From assembly GCF_006345805.1 (NCBI RefSeq), contig NC_043016.1, positions 5,146,001-5,210,000 on the forward strand: a stretch of 64,000 nt of DNA, given 5' to 3'. Numbering within the stretch: position 1 is the first letter of the stretch; each line of letters begins with the position of its first letter. Shown here in pieces: positions 57,301 through 64,000 of the stretch. This stretch comes from Octopus sinensis (Eukaryota). A program made the translations under genes and the position numbers. A model generated the notes under the pieces. It had not been told where the DNA came from. It saw nothing but the letters and a program-made list of their open reading frames with translations, and searched no databases.

Positions 57301-58814
57301 GTCACACATTTCTTTTCTTTCTTTTTTTTGGGGGGGGGGTATTCTACAGTGTCTCATTATAACATTCCGCGCATCTTCTCATCGCGAGTGACGCTAAGTG
57401 CACCGCTGTCATTTCAAACACATTTCTTCCTCAAAACTTCTTGATTTACGTTGACATACTGCTTCATAACCTGAAATAACTTACATCTCCGAACAGCTCG
57501 TCTTAGAACATAGGCAAACATCTTGCTTTCTAATCTACATGCATCAGCTACATGATATTGTTCTATGCTAGTCACTTGCTAGCAGCCTTTCCATGTTTTT
57601 TTTTCTTAGCTTTTATTACTTTTTCTATTCAATGACACTCCACCAAAATGTTACCCTACAACTGACTGGTGCCTTGTTTCATTTCAGAGAAACTTGGACA
57701 CAACTAAACTCGCCAGACTAATTTGCATGACCATGAATGTTTTGATATTATTAATTAATTAATTAATGTAATACATAAATAATTTGGCATATAATGAATG
57801 CCTTTTTGATGAAAAATACAATTTTAACCTCGTAAACACATTGATTACACCATGTTTTGTGGTTTTTATCCTTCCATGAAAAATGAGACGGCTTTAATCA
57901 GTTTCTAATCTCAAATTTTCTAGAATATATCCAAATGTTACAATAATACTTAGTTGTTGTTGTTGTTCATGGAAAAGTTAGTCGCTATTAAATATATATA
58001 GTTCGGGACACTAGAGCAGCCATTATGTAAATGAACTGTAAAAGTAACATAAATTTTGTTTTCATTTTTATAAGTAACTTTCCACGACTATCATCTGAAG
58101 TTCCGGTGGAGTTGAGCACTGAGAAACTTTTGAGAAATTGAGAAATTGCAACGCAAACTGTCAATTCACAAACTTCATACAAACAGGTGTTCGTTCTTGT
58201 ATTATTATTTTTTATTCATTATATTTACTTCGTTAATGGTTAAGACATTTGTTTCGAAATCCCTATTTCGACCTTACAAAGCAGCATCTTGGACAAGCGT
58301 TTTTTTTTATTTTTTGTGTTTCTTTTTTCCTTTTTTTGGTGGTGGCGGTGGTGGCGGCGGCGGCGGGGTACGCCATTATCTTGTATCAACCTAAGCGTTA
58401 TGTGTGTAACTGGTTTGATGGATTCCGTCGGATAGATTCTATTTATCTGATGTGATACTTATTTTGTCAAAGAATTATGTCAAGAATAAGGCATCTTAGA
58501 AATCCACGTACTAATCCAATCCATACACTGATCTAAAGAGTAGATAATCCAGTTAATCGAACAAATGAACCCAAACCGTCGACGGAGACAGATTATTAAT
58601 TATCTCGTATTTATATCGAATCATATCAGTTTTTTTGTTTTATTTTCTTACACAAGGCGCAGGTGTGGCTGTGTGGTAAGAAGCTTGCTTCCCAACCACA
58701 TGGTTCCAGGTTCAGTCCCACTGCGTGATACCTTCGGCAAGCGTTTTGTACTGTAGCCTAGGACAGACAAAAGCCTTGTGAGTGAATTTGGTAGACGGAA
58801 ACTGAGAGAAGCCC

Positions 58815-58849
<35 letters not shown>

Positions 58850-59069
58850 TGTGTGTGTGTATGTGTGTGTGCTTGTCCCCTGCCACCGCTTGACAACTGG
58901 TGTTGGTGTATTTATTTTCCTATGATGTAGCGGTTCGGCAAAATAGATTGATAGAATAAGTACCAAGCTTTATATATAAAAAAAATACAGGGGTTCATTC
59001 ATTCGGCTAAAATATTCTTCAATGTGGTGCCCCAGCATGGCCACAGTCGAACGACTGAAACAAGTAAAA

Positions 59070-59505
59070 TATAAGGCAAATGATAATCTTTCGCATTATT
59101 TGTGCTATTTCACAAATTATCTGAGCAACAAGACAAATTTAATAATGAACCTTCAGAGAGCCCAAACTTCCACCAAGGCAACACCAACGCCCTCTCAACG
59201 ATTAGTCGTATGATGATTTTTGAAATGAGAAAATCTGAAATAAACTTGACTGCTCTCACAAACGAGAATACTAAAAATGAACCCGACCGCTCTTAAAAAT
59301 TAAGTAAAAAGACAGGAAAAATAATCCAGAATCATTTCCAGTACCGGATCGATTCCAAAGCCTAATCAGTTCGTGCTAGTCACGAGGCCAAATATCCCTA
59401 AAAGTTTCATCCGAATCCATCCAGCGGTTCTGGAGATATTTTGTTCGCGGACAAACAAACAAACACGACTGAAAACAATACCTCCGCCTTCGCTAAGGCG
59501 GAGCA
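59070..59505 (+). mobile_element. Helentron/DINE-like non-autonomous element
   Basis: ACAAACAAACAAACACG tract followed by the terminal hairpin CTCCGCCTTCGCTAAGGCGGAG. Confidence 0.5.
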
Positions 59506-60160
59506 AATAATGAGCAAAAACCAGCAGTTGGCTTTATGACCTATTAGAAAAGTCCTGCCAACAGTACCAACTGTGCTCACCAGTCTAGTTCTTAGGAAAA
59601 GTGTATATAGGCTTAGTAGTTAGGGTGTTACACTCGCGATCGCTAGGTTATGATTTCACCACATTATCACCACCACCTCTACCACCACTGCCGCCGCCGC
59701 CGCTGCCACCACCAACACCACCATTGCCTTCATGATCATCATTCGTTTTGGAAATGTCATCATTACTTTTCTTCTTCTCCTCCTCCTCCTCCGCTTTTTT
59801 CTTAATCGTTATCACTGTCAATATTACCATTTTTGTGATTTCTACAACTACAATACCACTTAGAAACACGTACCCCAGCCCCCCACCACACACACACACA
59901 CACACACACACCACCACCACCACCACCACCACCACCACCACAAACAACAACAGCATCCCAGACATTACCGCCAGCAACATCAACATCATTATTATCAATC
60001 GCCATAGTTAACATCATTCAACGTTATTCAGATTGAATGATGCAAGATGACACTCTGTTGGGCCATTGGAGTTTGTTAGCATTATAACTTGAATTGATTT
60101 AAAGTCATATTTCAGTGTGTATAGGTATCTAATTGGGTGTGTGCGAGTGTGTGTGTGTGA

Positions 60161-60201
<41 letters not shown>

Positions 60202-60539
60202 AGTGTGTGTGTGTGTGTATTATCAAAGCATTACAGTTAATCAGTTTTGTGCCACTGATAGCTGCTATTCAGTACTTAAAAAAGATTTGGCACACCTTTT
60301 AACTTTCTAAAAGTAAGACCGAAATAATCAAATATAACATCATACATTATCAGAAAGGCATCCTGCGGGGTAGTGGATTTTCAGTACTGCTCTTTGTCCT
60401 TTCGTTAAACCAGTTACATACCTGCTCACGAAATACACACCCTAAATTTTAAAACATCTTTCACCATTTCACGACCTAAGACGGTATGGACAAGTATTTA
60501 CCACATCTAAAAGAAATTGGATCTCATTACCCCTGGAAT

Positions 60540-62700
60540 GAAGTTGGGTAAAAGATGTATGCCTATTTATTGGTAAGAAGAGGTAAGCTTAATTTCTACC
60601 AAAAGTACTAAATTTGAATGGTTTGACAATACAGCTTTTACAGTCAGGTGGGAATTACATGTCTTCATAAAGACATTCGTTTGTCATATGTTGCAGCCAT
60701 TTCACATTTATGGCTATTCGTAGCATCCTTGTGTAGCAGCCATCTTGGCCGTTTGATAATTTCTCTGTCAGTGTCCATGTTTCACTGCCATATGATAGTA
60801 CTGGTTCGACAGTTGCAATGAACAGCTTGATTTTAATTCACTTGGGAAATATGGAGTTCCAGACCTTTAATTTGTGACAGGCTGTCCGTGCTTATGCCTT
60901 CTTGATCTTGATATCAGCTTCCGGAATGTTCACCCAACCACCTAAGTACTTTCCTTGACATTTGCGTGCTGACTAATTTTGGCAACTGATGTTTCTACTC
61001 CGCTGAACAGTTGTTGTACTTGATATGTTTCATCAGATATGAGTGCTATATAATCTACCAAGTCCAGGTCTGTGATGGTTACTGCTGGTACTCTCTTTAT
61101 CTTTGCGGTCTATGATGAAACCGAGGTTTTTGTTACTGTTGTCTATAACCCACCGCATTGTATAATCTAATACAATTGTAAATAGTTAAGGTGTAAGCGT
61201 ATCTTCTTGTAGCACCCCAGCTAAGTATGTGAAAGAATTCCGTTTCTCCGTCAGATGACAACACATGAGCTCTGGTCTTCTCGTAGGTTTTTGCAATGGC
61301 AAGGACTAGTTTAACTAGAATTCCATATACTTGAAGGATTTTTATCATTTTGTGACGATGGATGCTGTCAAACGTTTCGCTGAAGTCCACGAAGGTTATA
61401 ATGTCAAGTAGCTATCTCGATTCAGTGCATTCCATGAATAGCTTCTGGGCTAAGATCTAAGCTGTTGTGGATCTCCCTAGTCTAAATCCATTTTGATTTT
61501 GTCTTAGATGGCTATCAAGCACAGGCTGAATCCTATGAAAGATCATTCGGTTGATGACTTTGAGTGAGATATTGAACACTGCAATTCCTCTGTAATAAGA
61601 TTCATTGCTGAGGTTTCCTGACCTTGAGATTGGTATCAAATCAGTCTTAGATCACTGATCTGGACTTTGCTGGTTATGCAAGGATTTATTCGAAAAATCC
61701 AGTATATTTCATCCAGATTGCACCTCTTGATAACTCCAACGGGAATTTCATCAGGGCCAGCAGCTTTTCCATCTTTCAGTCTAATCTTGGCATTCTGGAG
61801 TTTTTTCCAAACCAAAGGTCCAGCTCCATATGTGAGATTGTTGAAAACAGGTTGAATCTCTTTCTCTTCATTGCTTAGGGGAGACTTTCCGAGTAATTGA
61901 CTGAAGTGTTCATACCACTTTTGCACACACTCCTCCGTGTTGATTCCATGGATGATGCTCAATTTTGCTTCTTTCCTTTCGCTTATTTCATTGATCAATT
62001 TCTATCTTTCCATATATATTCAATTTGCATCTGCTGCCTTGACTTCATCAATCATGCAGTCCAATTCCTCTTCCTCAATGGTGTCATAAGCACATTGAAG
62101 AGTGGCTTTGGCAGTTTGTGATTCCAGCCTGTGTTCTTCGTTGGGATTCTCTGGATAGCAGTTAAATGCTCTTTGCACATTCTTCGTGGTTGTATTAACT
62201 TTTGGTTCAACTAATACTCTTTTCTTAGACCAACGCTTCTTTGGTGGTATATTTGTTCTTTCGATTCTCAGTTTGCTGTGATGAAATGTTCGCGTAGGTC
62301 GGTTACTGATTCCAAGCCGCTTTGTAATGCAGCAAATCGGCTCTTTACCATTACTCTGTACATTGACACTATACAAATTTGTTTCACTTTTTAGGATATA
62401 CAATACATATGCTTGTTTTTTTCTTTGGTGTTGTACGTGCGCGCAAGCTAAGATTGATTCGTCCTGATAAAATTCTGCCTTCAGTATGGCCACAACATAG
62501 AACGTAAGAAAGTGAATGTAAGAAGTCGGAAACTGGAAATTTCAACACCAGTAGAGATGTAGGCAGATTGTGTTTCCCATAGAAGGCGGTTGGTCGTGGC
62601 CTTAAATTTGTATTATACCATATGAAATCTCGATTGTGTAACTGAAATAACAGCTCCAGCACAGAGAAAAATAGTTCAGAAACTATCTCACTCATTTTGA
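60540..62700 (-). mobile_element. Decayed RTE-clade LINE
   Basis: GKAAGPDEIP, YRGIAVFNISLKVINRMIFHRIQP...LRQNQNGFR.GRSTT and DFSETFDSIHR in shifted frames. Confidence 0.85.
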
Positions 62701-63661
62701 GAGCCGAAAAAAAAACGTCATTAGGATAGCTAATGAAATTGAGACGCAATATAAAATAAAAATTGAGACTTAAATGTCCCCAAGGAACAGTGGAAAATAC
62801 TGCTTAACACTATAATAATTTTTTTCTAAATAGACCAGCCCAGTGAGGGGGCGAACTAAATAAAAAAAAACATAGATCATTGAAGGATTAAACCACACTA
62901 AAAGTCTAGCAAGGAGTACGAGCAAATCTATAACATTTGGCTTTTAAGGTTATCTCCAAGCAATCTGCGAGCAAAGTATTTCCATTAAGAACTTAGAAAA
63001 GAAAGCAAACGTAGGATAGGCAAAATGAAACTGAAGACGTTAGCTGCATATTCACCAACTGTTTGAGAATAACATCTAGATATTACCTACTTATAAGGTA
63101 TTATTTAGTAACCAGAGAAATCTATAATAGTGTAAGATAAAACTATCAGACAATGATATATAACAGCCAATAAATATAAACGTATTAAGACTAATAAATC
63201 GAAGGAATATTAGTGGAATCTAAGAATAAACAGCTCCAGATATTGTCATTGGAGAACACAGAATTGTAACATATCAGCCGTTCACTTGACATCACTGCTG
63301 TGACAAAAATAGATGTGTAAGGACACATCTAAGACATGATGGTGGAAATTCTATAAATTTAGCATCCAAGACAAATTTTCAGCATCATACTCCATATTAT
63401 AAGAGTGGCAGCAGTTTATGCCAGTCTGCTCGTATCAAATTATGACTGCATTTGCATTCTCGGAAAAGGACCCTTGTCTCCATAATAAATACACTGCAGA
63501 TGGGACAATAAAACTCTGCAGGACCTTCTTGAAATTTAAAGGGTGAATAGTTGTTCAAATGATGACCAAAAACAGCACTTTTTCTTTTTGCATCTTTCTT
63601 TACAACCTTGGCACCGAGCAGGTGGCCGGTCAAATTAAACTTTAAGCTATAATCATGAAGG

Positions 63662-63710
<49 letters not shown>

Positions 63711-63712
63711 AT

Positions 63713-63759
<47 letters not shown>

Positions 63760-64000
63760 CGCACACACACATATATATACAGATATATAAACATACACAC
63801 ACAGACACATTCTCGTATATGTATATATGTGTGAGCAAGAGAGAGGAGAGACTATATATTCACGCTAGCACATACACATACGCGTGCGTATACATAAATA
63901 TGATATACACAATCATGCAGACACGTGCACGCGCGCACACACGTATATACATACAAGTAAAAATTCTCTTTTATTCGTTATTCCATTACTTCCAACACCT

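Noticed and set aside
61745-61755. CTGATGA on the minus strand
   Set aside because: Part of the RTE coding motif GPDEIP, with no hammerhead stems.
63397-63660. Cys-containing ORF (YCPICSVF...CKCSH)
   Set aside because: No recognisable domain or convincing splice sites, and its start lies in a TA/TG repeat.

Overview
Eukaryotic, repeat-dense genomic DNA, most likely from an octopus (inferred from the tRNA-derived SINE types and the microsatellite load). There is one 100-N gap at 47413-47512. The only host gene I can support is a matrix metalloproteinase (M10A family) on the minus strand. I reconstructed eight exons by hand with consistent GT-AG junctions and phases (45370-45218, 28512-28439, 16001-15877, 11237-11159, 9532-9393, 6377-6147, 3134-2601, 304-128), and the gene continues off the left edge. 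They encode a signal peptide, a propeptide with an atypical RRCGVPD cysteine switch, a catalytic domain (HEVGHAIGLDH, Met-turn SVMAP), a roughly 165-aa Thr/Pro linker and the start of a hemopexin domain. The introns and upstream DNA hold many fragments of R4/Dong-like retrotransposons that always sit in (TAA)n, a Tx1/L1-like LINE in (TATC)n, RTE fragments, a Penelope GIY-YIG fragment, mariner derivatives, Helitron-like ends, several SINE families and interstitial TTAGGG-like tracts. The main signal not visible in the ORF track is about 14 type I hammerhead ribozyme motifs of the Penelope/retrozyme kind, with palindromic stem III. Seven have intact catalytic cores, several form inverted pairs ending in (TA)n, and two lie on opposite strands of a spacer-less 432-bp palindrome. 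Most ORFs in the track are microsatellite artefacts. All alignments and folds were done by eye, and repeat boundaries are approximate.
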